From positions 1-54,465 of the forward strand of contig JAYUVP010000210.1 of assembly GCA_043753995.1 (NCBI GenBank): a stretch of DNA of 54,465 nt, given 5' to 3'. Of this stretch, positions 37,244-46,621 are shown piece after piece (the stretch's first letter is position 1; the number at the start of each line of letters is the position of its first letter). Below the pieces are notes generated by a model. That model did not search any database. It worked only from the letters and a program-made list of their open reading frames with translations, and was not told the DNA's origin. The DNA comes from Fibrobacterota bacterium (GTDB lineage: Bacteria > Fibrobacterota > Fibrobacteria > UBA11236). Both the position numbers and the translations under genes were made by a program.

Positions 37244-37272
37244 AACCGTCCCTCCGGGGGCGGTTTTTTTTT
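37244..37272 (+). terminator. Intrinsic terminator after hpf
   Basis: AACCGTCCC-TCCG-GGGGCGGTT stem-loop ending in a 9-T run. Confidence 0.88.
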
Positions 37273-37365
37273 GCCCTATTCTTCCCGTATTTTCGGCAAA
37301 TCACTAAGCTTTCCAGTACGTTTTAGGCTTTGGTCAGACTTTGACCCTAGGCCCGCTTACAAGGA

Positions 37366-38388
37366 GTGACCTTGCCAGGTAATATTGACTTTACGCGCAT
37401 TGAGATCAATCGCAAGCGTTCCTTACCCGTCAAGGACTTTTACTTTCAATTCAAGGACGAACTTTCCTGCTCCCTGAAAAGCCCCGAAACCAGCCTAGTC
37501 ACTGAAATCATTGAGGCCAATATCCATCGTCCGGGCTTAGCCTTGGCGGGCTTCACTGGGGTTTATGCCTTTCAACGCATTCAAATCCTAGGAACAACCG
37601 AATGGTCTTTTCTCGAGTCCTGTGGGGCCGAAAAGCGCAAGGCCATATTCGAGCGACTCAAGGATTATCGCTCACCCCTTTGGGTTTTAACCCACAATGC
37701 CGCGCCGCATGATGAGCTTTTAGCCTTGGCCCAGGCACAAAACGTTCCTGTCATCACAACCGCTCGCGAAACCGTCGACTTCATCCGCGAAGTGCACGAC
37801 ATACTCGAAGACTGGTTCGCCCCTTATTGTTCAGTGCATGCCTCCCTGGTCGACGTCTATGGCGTGGGCATGCTTTATGTGGGCGAAAGTGGGGTGGGCA
37901 AAAGCGAGTGCGTGCTCGACTTGGTGGAGCGGGGGCATCGCCTCGTGGCCGACGACATCGTGCATCTCATTCGCAAGGGCCACAGCATAATCGGCAAGGG
38001 AAATAAAATTCTCGGCCATCACATGGAAATACGCGGCATAGGCATTGTCGACATCGGTCGCCTTTTCGGCATTCGAGCCATTCGCAATACCAAAAAGGTC
38101 GAGGTGGTAGTCGAATTGCAGCGCTGGCGTGAGGGTGAGAATTATGAGCGAACCGGCCTAGACCCCATCACCACCGACATTATCGGCATCCCCGTTTCCA
38201 AGGTGGTTATACCCATTTCACCAGGGAAAAATATCACGGTGATCTCCGAAGTCATTGCCATGAATATGCTGTTGAAAATGAATGGCATCGATGCCGCCAA
38301 GCTCTTCAATGAAAAACTCATTGAAACCATGAAGAATAAGGCCCGACAAAATCAATTGACTCGGCTGGCCAATGAGGTCTACGAGTGA
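37366..38388 (+). CDS. hprK: HPr(Ser) kinase/phosphorylase
   Basis: HRPGLALAG, GESGVGKSE (Walker A), RGHRLVADD, MEIRGIGI. GTG start after AAGGA. Confidence 0.96.
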   Translation: MTLPGNIDFTRIEINRKRSLPVKDFYFQFKDELSCSLKSPETSLVTEIIEANIHRPGLALAGFTGVYAFQRIQILGTTEWSFLESCGAEKRKAIFERLKDYRSPLWVLTHNAAPHDELLALAQAQNVPVITTARETVDFIREVHDILEDWFAPYCSVHASLVDVYGVGMLYVGESGVGKSECVLDLVERGHRLVADDIVHLIRKGHSIIGKGNKILGHHMEIRGIGIVDIGRLFGIRAIRNTKKVEVVVELQRWREGENYERTGLDPITTDIIGIPVSKVVIPISPGKNITVISEVIAMNMLLKMNGIDAAKLFNEKLIETMKNKARQNQLTRLANEVYE

Positions 38389-38481
38389 TTCATGGGGAAT
38401 CCTGCAATGTCCCTTGCCGCAAAATCCTAAATTGGACATGATAGGTCTATGCCTGAATGCGATCCTGGATATTCCGCCCCT

Positions 38482-38487
38482 TATAAT
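38482..38487 (+). promoter_or_regulatory. Possible internal -10 element upstream of mlaD
   Basis: TATAAT in the hprK-mlaD gap; no clear -35. Confidence 0.4.
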
Positions 38488-38513
38488 TCCTCTGGTTTCG
38501 CCCTAGGTTGAGC

Positions 38514-39419
38514 ATGGATGCTAAAACACAGAATCTGGCTGTCGGGGGATTTGTCCTGGCAGCCCTGGCCATACTTCTATTCGGCATTTACTTCCTCAAA
38601 GGAATGGTTCCCGGACAGCGCGACGATCGCTATTTCGTCCTTTTCGAACAGGTGAGCACCTTGCAAGAGGGCGATCCCGTAAAGGTGAATGGCGTGAAAA
38701 TGGGCAAGGTCGAAAAAATCATCTTACAGGAACGCCAGGTGAAGGTCACCCTGACCGTGGAACGCGGCGTTAAGCTCACCAAGGATTGCCAAGTACGGAT
38801 ACAGAATATTGGTCTCATGGGCGAGAGGCAAATCGGCGTGCAGCTCGGGAAGTCGCAAGACGTCTGGCCAGCAGGCTCGACCTTGGACGGTAGATTGGAC
38901 GCAGGCATTGCTGAAGCCATGGGTATTGTGGGTGAGGTATTCATTCAAGCCGAATCCCTGGTGCGCAATTTGAAAGATGTGCTCGACAGTACGGTGGCCC
39001 GTCCCGATTTTGCCACCCGCTTCAATCAGGCTTTGAATGAAACCGAATCCCTGGTGAAAAAGGTTTCGAGCTTTGTCGACGAAGTAGACCCCCGTCTGAA
39101 GCGTAGCCTGGGCTCTTTGGAAATGGCCGGACAAGCCGTGACAACTCTAGTGAATGAGCAGCGCGAACCCCTGCACGCCATAGTCGACAATGGCCGTCAG
39201 GCTTCGGAGCGGCTAAAGAATTTGGGCGACCGCGCCGATCGGGTCGCGACGGAAATGGAAAGCCTTCTCAAGCAAATCAATTCCGATAAAGGCACGGTGG
39301 GGGCACTTTTACGTGATACCACCTTGCATGGGGAATTGACCCGCACCTTGAATAGTGCTGACTCCTTGTTCCGGGTGATACGTAAAAAAGGTCTCGACGT
39401 GAACCTCAACCTATTTTAG
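38514..39419 (+). CDS. mlaD: MCE/MlaD-family protein
   Basis: N-terminal TM (VGGFVLAALAIL), MCE motif TLQEGDPVKVNGVKMGKV and GLMGE, then a helical region with GTVGALL. Confidence 0.88.
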   Translation: MDAKTQNLAVGGFVLAALAILLFGIYFLKGMVPGQRDDRYFVLFEQVSTLQEGDPVKVNGVKMGKVEKIILQERQVKVTLTVERGVKLTKDCQVRIQNIGLMGERQIGVQLGKSQDVWPAGSTLDGRLDAGIAEAMGIVGEVFIQAESLVRNLKDVLDSTVARPDFATRFNQALNETESLVKKVSSFVDEVDPRLKRSLGSLEMAGQAVTTLVNEQREPLHAIVDNGRQASERLKNLGDRADRVATEMESLLKQINSDKGTVGALLRDTTLHGELTRTLNSADSLFRVIRKKGLDVNLNLF

Positions 39420-39425
39420 GTCGCC

Positions 39426-41528
39426 ATGGTGCATTTGCTTTGGGCTATTCATAACCACCAACCGGTGGGCAATTTCGATTTCATTTTTGCCAGGGCGCAT
39501 GATAGGGCTTACAAGCCTTTTCTCGAAGTGCTTGAGCGTCACCCCAAAATTCGTCTGAGCATCCATTTCTCAGGCATTTTATTGGATTGGCTGGTAGCGA
39601 ATAAGCCCGACTATATCGCTCGGCTCAAAGTTCTAGTCGATGCCGGCCAGGTGGAAATACTGGGCGGCGGGCATTATGAGCCCATTCTCCCAGTACTCTC
39701 CGATCGCGACAAAGAAGGGCAGGTCCGCAAACTCGCCGACACCGTCGAAAAAGTTTTTGGCCAAAGGCCGCGGGGAATGTGGCTGGCCGAACGAGTTTGG
39801 GAGCCGGGTTTGGTGGCACCCTTGGCTAAAGCCGGTATGGAATTCGTCGTGCTCGACGGCAGCCATTTCAAAATGGTGGGCAAAACCGAAAAGCAAATGG
39901 ACGGCTATTTCCTAACCGAGGATCAAGGCCATACCTTAAAGCTTTTCCCCATTCATGACATTGTGCGGGACTATATCCCCTTTCGCAGCGTGGAAGAAGT
40001 CGTGGGCACCTTGCGCTCCCTCAATACCCAAGACCATGTGCAAGTGGTTTTCGGGGATGACGGGGAAAAGTTCGGCGACTGGCCATTCACCTATGATACG
40101 GTCTATACCCATGGATGGCTCGATCGCTTTTTCTCAGCCATCGAAGCCGAACCCGATCTTTTCCGGATCGAGCCCTTGCGCGAAGGCCTTTTAGCCAAAA
40201 AAAACTTAGGCCTCATTTATTTACCGCCTGCCAGCTATGGTGAGATGATGATTTGGGCTCAGAATCCGGGCGATATTCCCGAATTCAAGCAGGCGCAAAA
40301 GGCCATGCAGGAACGCCAAGACATGCCCGAGGCGGGGCGCTTCTTACGCGGCACTTTCTGGCGAAATTTCTTCTGCAAATATCCCGAAAGCAATCGCATG
40401 CATAAGCAAGGCGCGCGATTGTCGCGTCTGCTCGATTTGATAGAAGCTGACAAGGGATTGAACGCCGTCGACATCGCCGCCGCGCGCGATCATCTTTGGC
40501 AGTCGCAATGCAATTGCGCTTATTGGCATGGCGTTTTCGGTGGGCTTTATTTGCCGCACTTACGCTTCGCGCTTTATCGTCAATTGGTGGCGGCACGCCG
40601 CATTCTCGACAAGGCTTTGCTCTCGGGCCGCAAGCGCGCGGTTTGGGAGGCGGAGGATTGGGATTGCGATGGTCAGGTCGAGCATACCCTTGAAACCCAA
40701 GGCTTCAGTCTTTCCTTTACCGCCAATGGTGCACTCGATCAGGTTTGGCTGAAGCGCACCGGCTTCAATTTGGCCGATACCTTGACCCGGCGCAAAGAGG
40801 CCTATCATAGCCTCATCGGCGCTCAGGGCGAAGCGGGTACCAAGTTGGAAAATACCTTGGGCAGCAAGGAAGAAGGCCTCCAGGACAAATTGGTTTACGA
40901 TCGCGAAACGCGCCTTTTCGCCACCGATTTGTTTTTGCCTGCGGATCAAGACCTGGAACCTTATCTGCATCAAAAGCATGAGCCGCTTTGGCACTTTGAA
41001 GTGGATAGCGTCGAAAATCAGGTGGGCAAAAGTGCCGCTGGCATTGCTTTTCAAGGCAAGGCCAAAACGCCCCAGGGCGAATCCGTCCTTCAAATCGAAA
41101 AAAAGATCACGGCCGCCCTGGATGGCTCTAGCCTGGAAGTCGAATGGACCATGACGGCCCTGGGGGAAATGCGGCAAACTCGCTTCGCCAGCGAGTTTTT
41201 GTTTTGCCTGCTCGCGGGCAATGCCCATGACCGCACCATCACCTGGGAAGAAAACGGCCAAATCCGAAAAGACATTCTGGCCTCCAGGGGGGAAATGCCG
41301 GCCACTCCCGTGACCTTAACCGATGAATGGCTGCAACTTTCGGCTACTTTAAAGGCCGAAGGTGCCTCGCTTTTCTGGCGGGATGCCCTGGAAACGGTCA
41401 GTCAAAGTGAAGGCGGTTATGAGCGAGTCTATCAAGGCACTTGTGTTTTGCCCATTTGGGATTTGCAACTTATTCCCGGCAAACCCTTGAAGATTCGCGT
41501 CGCCCTCCAAATTCAAGAAGGAAACTAA
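39426..41528 (+). CDS. GH57 alpha-amylase/4-alpha-glucanotransferase (DUF1925/DUF1926 type)
   Basis: HNHQPVGNF, GGGHYEPIL, WLAERVWEP, GDDGEKFG, YPESN, QCNCAYWHGVFGGLYLPHLR, TVSQSEGGYE. Confidence 0.93.
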   Translation: MVHLLWAIHNHQPVGNFDFIFARAHDRAYKPFLEVLERHPKIRLSIHFSGILLDWLVANKPDYIARLKVLVDAGQVEILGGGHYEPILPVLSDRDKEGQVRKLADTVEKVFGQRPRGMWLAERVWEPGLVAPLAKAGMEFVVLDGSHFKMVGKTEKQMDGYFLTEDQGHTLKLFPIHDIVRDYIPFRSVEEVVGTLRSLNTQDHVQVVFGDDGEKFGDWPFTYDTVYTHGWLDRFFSAIEAEPDLFRIEPLREGLLAKKNLGLIYLPPASYGEMMIWAQNPGDIPEFKQAQKAMQERQDMPEAGRFLRGTFWRNFFCKYPESNRMHKQGARLSRLLDLIEADKGLNAVDIAAARDHLWQSQCNCAYWHGVFGGLYLPHLRFALYRQLVAARRILDKALLSGRKRAVWEAEDWDCDGQVEHTLETQGFSLSFTANGALDQVWLKRTGFNLADTLTRRKEAYHSLIGAQGEAGTKLENTLGSKEEGLQDKLVYDRETRLFATDLFLPADQDLEPYLHQKHEPLWHFEVDSVENQVGKSAAGIAFQGKAKTPQGESVLQIEKKITAALDGSSLEVEWTMTALGEMRQTRFASEFLFCLLAGNAHDRTITWEENGQIRKDILASRGEMPATPVTLTDEWLQLSATLKAEGASLFWRDALETVSQSEGGYERVYQGTCVLPIWDLQLIPGKPLKIRVALQIQEGN

Positions 41529-41794
41529 TGGTCACTAAGGAACTCTCCGTCATCAACGAAAGCGGCATTCATGCGCGGCCTGCCGCTTTGATCGTGGAGA
41601 CCTGCACCAAGTTTCAATGCATGATTTGGTTCATGAAGGATGGCATGCGCGCGAATGCCAAGAGCATCATGAATATCATGCTTTTGGCGGCCGAATACGG
41701 CGCCAAAATTCAAGTCGAAACCGAAGGCCCCGATGAAGTCGCCGCCTTAGACGCCCTTGAGGAGCTGTTCAAGTCCAAATTCCGCTATGAGTAA
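41528..41794 (+). CDS. ptsH: Phosphocarrier protein HPr
   Basis: GIHARPA (His15) and NAKSIM (Ser46). ATG overlaps the GH57 stop (TAATG at 41526-41530). Confidence 0.95.
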   Translation: MVTKELSVINESGIHARPAALIVETCTKFQCMIWFMKDGMRANAKSIMNIMLLAAEYGAKIQVETEGPDEVAALDALEELFKSKFRYE

Positions 41795-43556
41795 TTCGCT
41801 TGGCCGCCGGGTCGTGCTCCAAGGGGTCGCAGCCTCTCCGGGCATTGCCATGGGGCCTGCGTATTTGTTGAGGCCCGAAGACCGCCAAGTTCAAAAGCGG
41901 CAAATCCCACCAGACAAAGTTGACCAGGAAGTGGCGCGCTTGCGCCGCGCCTTGGATAAGGCCGAAAAGGAAATTCTCGGTCTGCGCAGCCGTATCACCC
42001 CCGACGTGGGTGAATACGAAGCCCGGATTTTCGACAGCCATATTCTCATACTGCACGATCAGGAATTAATCAGTCGTGTCGTCGAAGATATCAAGCGCGA
42101 ATGCTGGTCGGCCGAATTCGCCTATCAAAGTCGAGTGCAAGAAATCGTGGAGCAATTCCGCAATTTGTCAGGTGGTTTGATCAAGGATCACATGACCGAC
42201 TTGCATGATGTAGCAACGCGTGTCATCGACACCCTCATGCTTAGCGAATCGGCGGCCTCCTATGTCGATTCTGGCGATCCGGTCATTGTTTTGACCCGCC
42301 ACCTCACGCCCTCCATGCTGGTGCAATTCAGCCGCAAAAATACCTTGGGGCTCACCACGGAATTGGGTGGCAAGACTTCTCATGTGGCCATCCTGGCGCG
42401 CGCCTTGGGCATACCCGCGGCGACGGGCATTCATTGGGGCAATACCGAAATCGACACGGGATCCACCGTCATCGTCGATGGATCTGCGGGCGTGGTCATA
42501 CTCAACCCTTCCTTGAAAGACATCAAGGAATATGAAATGCGCAAGGCCGCCTGGTTCGCCATGGAGCGCGAACTTTCGGCCTTGGCCGGTGTCGAACCTG
42601 TCACGCGCGATGGCAAATACGTCGAAGTGATGGCGAATATCGAATTGCCCATCGAAGTCGAGGCCGTGCTGGAAGTGGGTGCCGATTCCGTCGGCCTCTA
42701 TCGGTCAGAATTCCTCTTCCTGACCAAGGACGAATTACCCACCGAAGAAGAGCAATACCATGCCTATCGCTTTATGGGCGAGCGCATGGTGGGTCGTCCA
42801 GTCACTATCCGTACCCTCGATGCGGGTGGCGATAAAATCGTGCCGGCCCTTAAAGTATCGGGCGAGGCCAATCCCTTTATGGGCTGGCGCTCCATTCGCG
42901 TTTGCCTCGACAATCCCGCCATTTTCAAAACGCAATTGCGGGCCATATTACGCGCCGCCCATGGCACGCAAATGCGTTTGATGTTTCCCATGATCAGTAA
43001 TTTGGGCGAATTGCGTGAGGCCAAAAGGCTGATTGAAATCGTTCGCAAAGAATTAGTCTCCGAGGGTCGTGACCATGCCTCCGATTTGGAAATCGGTTGC
43101 ATGATTGAAGTGCCTTCGGCTGTCGTCATGGCCCATGAATTGGCGCGCGAGGTGGATTTCTTTTCCATCGGCACCAACGATCTCACTCAATTCACCTTGG
43201 CCGTAGATAGGGCTAATGAGCGTATTGCCGCCCTGTTTGAACCCCATAGTCCGGCTGTTTTGAGGCAAATCAAGTCCGTGATTGACGCGGGGCATCAGGC
43301 GGGCATTTCGGTGTCGATTTGCGGGGAAATGGCGGGCGATCCCCTGCTGGCCTTGTTATTCGTGGGCATGGGTGTGGACGGGCTTTCCATGGGGCCGGCT
43401 TCGGTGCTAGAGATGAAGAAAATGATTCGCTCCACCACCTTTGCCGAGGCGAAGGTGGCAAGTGACGCCGTGTTAAAGCTTTCGACGGCCGATGAAATCA
43501 CCGCCTTTTTAGAAATTTCTTTTGGAGCCCGTTTTCGTGCTTTAGGCGTGCTTTAA
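41787..43556 (+). CDS. ptsI: PEP-protein phosphotransferase (enzyme I)
   Basis: ASPGIA, GGKTSHVAIL (phospho-His), GLYRSEF, RTLDAGGDK, SIGTNDL, CGEMAG. No N-terminal GAF domain is evident. Confidence 0.96.
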   Translation: MSNSLGRRVVLQGVAASPGIAMGPAYLLRPEDRQVQKRQIPPDKVDQEVARLRRALDKAEKEILGLRSRITPDVGEYEARIFDSHILILHDQELISRVVEDIKRECWSAEFAYQSRVQEIVEQFRNLSGGLIKDHMTDLHDVATRVIDTLMLSESAASYVDSGDPVIVLTRHLTPSMLVQFSRKNTLGLTTELGGKTSHVAILARALGIPAATGIHWGNTEIDTGSTVIVDGSAGVVILNPSLKDIKEYEMRKAAWFAMERELSALAGVEPVTRDGKYVEVMANIELPIEVEAVLEVGADSVGLYRSEFLFLTKDELPTEEEQYHAYRFMGERMVGRPVTIRTLDAGGDKIVPALKVSGEANPFMGWRSIRVCLDNPAIFKTQLRAILRAAHGTQMRLMFPMISNLGELREAKRLIEIVRKELVSEGRDHASDLEIGCMIEVPSAVVMAHELAREVDFFSIGTNDLTQFTLAVDRANERIAALFEPHSPAVLRQIKSVIDAGHQAGISVSICGEMAGDPLLALLFVGMGVDGLSMGPASVLEMKKMIRSTTFAEAKVASDAVLKLSTADEITAFLEISFGARFRALGVL

Positions 43557-43601
43557 AGCGCGGAGAGCGTCACGGCTTTCGCGATTCACTATTTTACGCG
43601 A

Positions 43602-45929
43602 GTGCCTTTACGCCCGCCCCTTTTCCCACTGTTCGCCATCACTCTGGCGCTCGCAGCCGCCGTCCTTCCGGTTTTCGTGCTGGGCCAAGCCGCGACGCCA
43701 AATGGCGAAACGGCACCGACAGCCAATACGCCTACGGCCGGGATGCCGGATACAAGTCGCAATAGTGAGGCCGCTCCGGTCACATCCTTGCCTGCCGAGG
43801 AGGCAGCACTAGAAGAAGGCGAAAACGAAACCCCCGATGGCAAGGGAACCTTGCCTTTTGCCATAAAAAAGCCGACGGCCAAAGAAGCCATGCAGGGACG
43901 GCGTCTTCTTGTAAAAGCCCTTTCCTTATTGCATCAAAAGCAAAGCTTGAAGGCCGCTGCTCTTTTGCGGGAATTCGCACCTACGGAAAGATTGGGCCAG
44001 GTTTATCGCACCTTGCTTTTAGCCCGGGCCTATCGCGAAGGTGGACGCGCCCTCAGCGCCGACACGGTCTTGAATCAAGCTTTGAAATGGGTGGGTAGCG
44101 CCACCTGGCGCAATGAATTGGTGCAGCATCGCCTGCAAGACTTTGAAGGCCTAGCGACATCGCCGGATCAAAAGCGTGAATTCTACGCCCAAGTCCTGGC
44201 TTCCGAAGCTAGGCGGAATGTCAAGGTGGATGTGCTCTATGCCTGGCTGAAGCTCGATGGCTTCCAAGGCGAAATCGGAAACTATCTCGATCGCCTGCGC
44301 AGTTTATTGAACTATTCTCGCGGCGATAAACGGCTGGATTCGCTCTATGTCCTCATGGCTGGTAAAGCACCTGTAGGGCGACGCTCGTGGGACGAAGAAT
44401 GGCTGCTCATGCAAATCGAGGCGCGCCTCGGGGCTTTCGATAAAGCCGTTTTGCGCTGCCAAGCCATGATTCCCCTGGCGCCCACCAAGGCCGATAAACA
44501 AAAGCTTCACTGGCAAGCCGCCAGCTTGCAATACGCAAAGCGTGATTGGAAAGCCGCCTTGGATTTGTATCAGCGCTATTTAGAGCGCTATGGTGACAGC
44601 CCCGATGCCTATTTGCAAATCGGTCGCACCCAAGACAAGTTGGAGCAGACCCAGCGATCCCAACTCGCTTACGATCGCTTTCTTGAGCTTTACCCCAAGC
44701 ATCCGAAAACCTCAGAAATTCACTGGCTGCGAGCTTGGGAACGTGAATCAGACGGTCGTTACGATGAAGCCATTGAGCTTTATTATTTGCAGTTGTCACG
44801 CTTTCCGGCGACACGCCGCGCCGACTGGGCCAATTTTCGAATAGGGCTTTGCCTCTTCAAAGACAGTAATTTTGCCGCCGCCGCCGATGCCTTTTCGACT
44901 TATCGCAAAGAGAAAAGCAATGGCGTTCTTCCCGCAGGATTATTGTGGGAAGCCAAAGCCCTGGAGCGATTACATCAGCAAAACCTCGCCGATTCCCTGC
45001 GCCTGGTTTTATACCGCAATTTTCCGCTTGGCTTTTATGGGCAAATGGCCCGTCAAGCCTTAGATGCCCACAACTTGCTGCCTGATTCCTTGCAACCCTG
45101 GCGCCGATTTCAACCTTCGCGACCGGAGCGCATCAAGGCTTGGATGCAAGCCACGGTACCCGGCTTCAAAGAAAACTTGGACAAGAATTATGAAAGCGCC
45201 TATCTCGACGTGAGCCAATTATTGGAATTGCGGCTCGACACCTTGGCCATCTTGACCATGCATAGCACGCCCGCCAAGGTGAAACGCAATCCCTGGTATC
45301 TCTTCGTGCAGGCGCGCCGTTTCGAAAGGCATGATTTGCATCCCGAAGCTTATCGCTTAGCTCGCACCTTGGTCCAGCTCATACCCAATGAAGCCTTGGG
45401 CACGGCTCCCAGGGAAGTGCTGCGCTTGATTTGGCCACGGCCCTATGAAGGCGAGGTTTTGCATTATGCCCTGAAACGCAAGCTCGACCCGGCCTTGATT
45501 TATGCCCTGATGCGGCAAGAGTCGGGCTTCGATCGCGACATCCGTTCTCCGGTGGGGGCTGTTGGCCTTATGCAAATCATGCCCGCGACGGGCAAAAAGC
45601 TGGCCGAAAGCGATAGCGTGCGCGACTTTCACTCCCAGGACTTGGCTGACGCCGAAATGAATGTGCGGCTGGGTACCTATTATGTGCGACAATTACTCGA
45701 CGACTATGTCGGCAATCCCTTTTTCATGCTAGCCAATTACAATGCCGGGCCGGAACCGACGCGGCGCTGGTTTCGCGCCTATGGCACCCGCCCCGTCGAA
45801 GAAATGGTCGAAGACATCAGTTATTGGGAAACTCGTGATTATGTCAAAAAAGTGATGGGCAATTACTGGACCTACAAAATCCTCTATAACAATCGATTGC
45901 CTCTTAAATCCGTGCCTTCTAAGCCATGA
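43602..45929 (+). CDS. slt: Soluble lytic transglycosylase with TPR-like repeats
   Basis: Signal peptide, helical repeats, SLT motifs MRQESGF, GAVGLMQIMPAT, YNAGP, ETRDYVKKV. Confidence 0.92.
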   Translation: MPLRPPLFPLFAITLALAAAVLPVFVLGQAATPNGETAPTANTPTAGMPDTSRNSEAAPVTSLPAEEAALEEGENETPDGKGTLPFAIKKPTAKEAMQGRRLLVKALSLLHQKQSLKAAALLREFAPTERLGQVYRTLLLARAYREGGRALSADTVLNQALKWVGSATWRNELVQHRLQDFEGLATSPDQKREFYAQVLASEARRNVKVDVLYAWLKLDGFQGEIGNYLDRLRSLLNYSRGDKRLDSLYVLMAGKAPVGRRSWDEEWLLMQIEARLGAFDKAVLRCQAMIPLAPTKADKQKLHWQAASLQYAKRDWKAALDLYQRYLERYGDSPDAYLQIGRTQDKLEQTQRSQLAYDRFLELYPKHPKTSEIHWLRAWERESDGRYDEAIELYYLQLSRFPATRRADWANFRIGLCLFKDSNFAAAADAFSTYRKEKSNGVLPAGLLWEAKALERLHQQNLADSLRLVLYRNFPLGFYGQMARQALDAHNLLPDSLQPWRRFQPSRPERIKAWMQATVPGFKENLDKNYESAYLDVSQLLELRLDTLAILTMHSTPAKVKRNPWYLFVQARRFERHDLHPEAYRLARTLVQLIPNEALGTAPREVLRLIWPRPYEGEVLHYALKRKLDPALIYALMRQESGFDRDIRSPVGAVGLMQIMPATGKKLAESDSVRDFHSQDLADAEMNVRLGTYYVRQLLDDYVGNPFFMLANYNAGPEPTRRWFRAYGTRPVEEMVEDISYWETRDYVKKVMGNYWTYKILYNNRLPLKSVPSKP

Positions 45930-46621
45930 GATTGCGAATTCAGTTTCGGCTTTCCTGGATGGCCATAGCCTTGCTGGTTTTTGGCGGGACGGTCGAGATC
46001 GAGGCCGCGACTCCCGCATGCTTTGCCGTGGCGCGTCTGCATTATGGCGGTGGGGGAGACTGGTATTCGGGTCCTTCCATGCTTCCCAACTTGCATAATC
46101 GCTTGCGTCGCGATCTCAAGCTGGAGACTTGCGCCCAAGAAAAATCGGTTTCCTTGCTCGACCCAGAGCTTTATCGCTTTCCCATCCTTTTCATGACCGG
46201 CCATGGGCAAGTGACTTTTTCCGCCTCAGAGCAACGCGCATTGCGCCAATACCTTCTGCGCGGCGGGCTTTTATTCGCGGACGATAATTTCGGGATGGCC
46301 GAATCCTTTCGACGCGAAATGGCCAACCTATTTCCCAAGTTGCCCTTGCAACCTTTGTCGGCGAGCCATCCCCTTTTCCATTCCCACTATTCCTTTCCCA
46401 AAGGCCTGCCGAAAATCCATCAGCACGATGGCCATCCCGCTACCGCCTTCGGCATTTCGGCGGAAGGCCGATTGCTCGTGCTTTTTACTTGGGAAAGTGA
46501 TTTGGGCAATGGCTGGGAAGATGCCGGAATTCATTCCGACCCTCCCGGCTTGCGCGAACAAGCCCTGCAAATGGGTGTGAATGTGGTCGCCTATTATTTG
46601 CAGGGAGCTTTGTCGCCATGA
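45926..46621 (+). CDS. DUF4159-family exported protein
   Basis: ARLHYGGGGDWY, FMTGHG, YLLRGGLLFADDNFG, GLPKIHQHDG, ESDLGNGWED, ALQMGVN. Confidence 0.88.
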   Translation: MRLRIQFRLSWMAIALLVFGGTVEIEAATPACFAVARLHYGGGGDWYSGPSMLPNLHNRLRRDLKLETCAQEKSVSLLDPELYRFPILFMTGHGQVTFSASEQRALRQYLLRGGLLFADDNFGMAESFRREMANLFPKLPLQPLSASHPLFHSHYSFPKGLPKIHQHDGHPATAFGISAEGRLLVLFTWESDLGNGWEDAGIHSDPPGLREQALQMGVNVVAYYLQGALSP

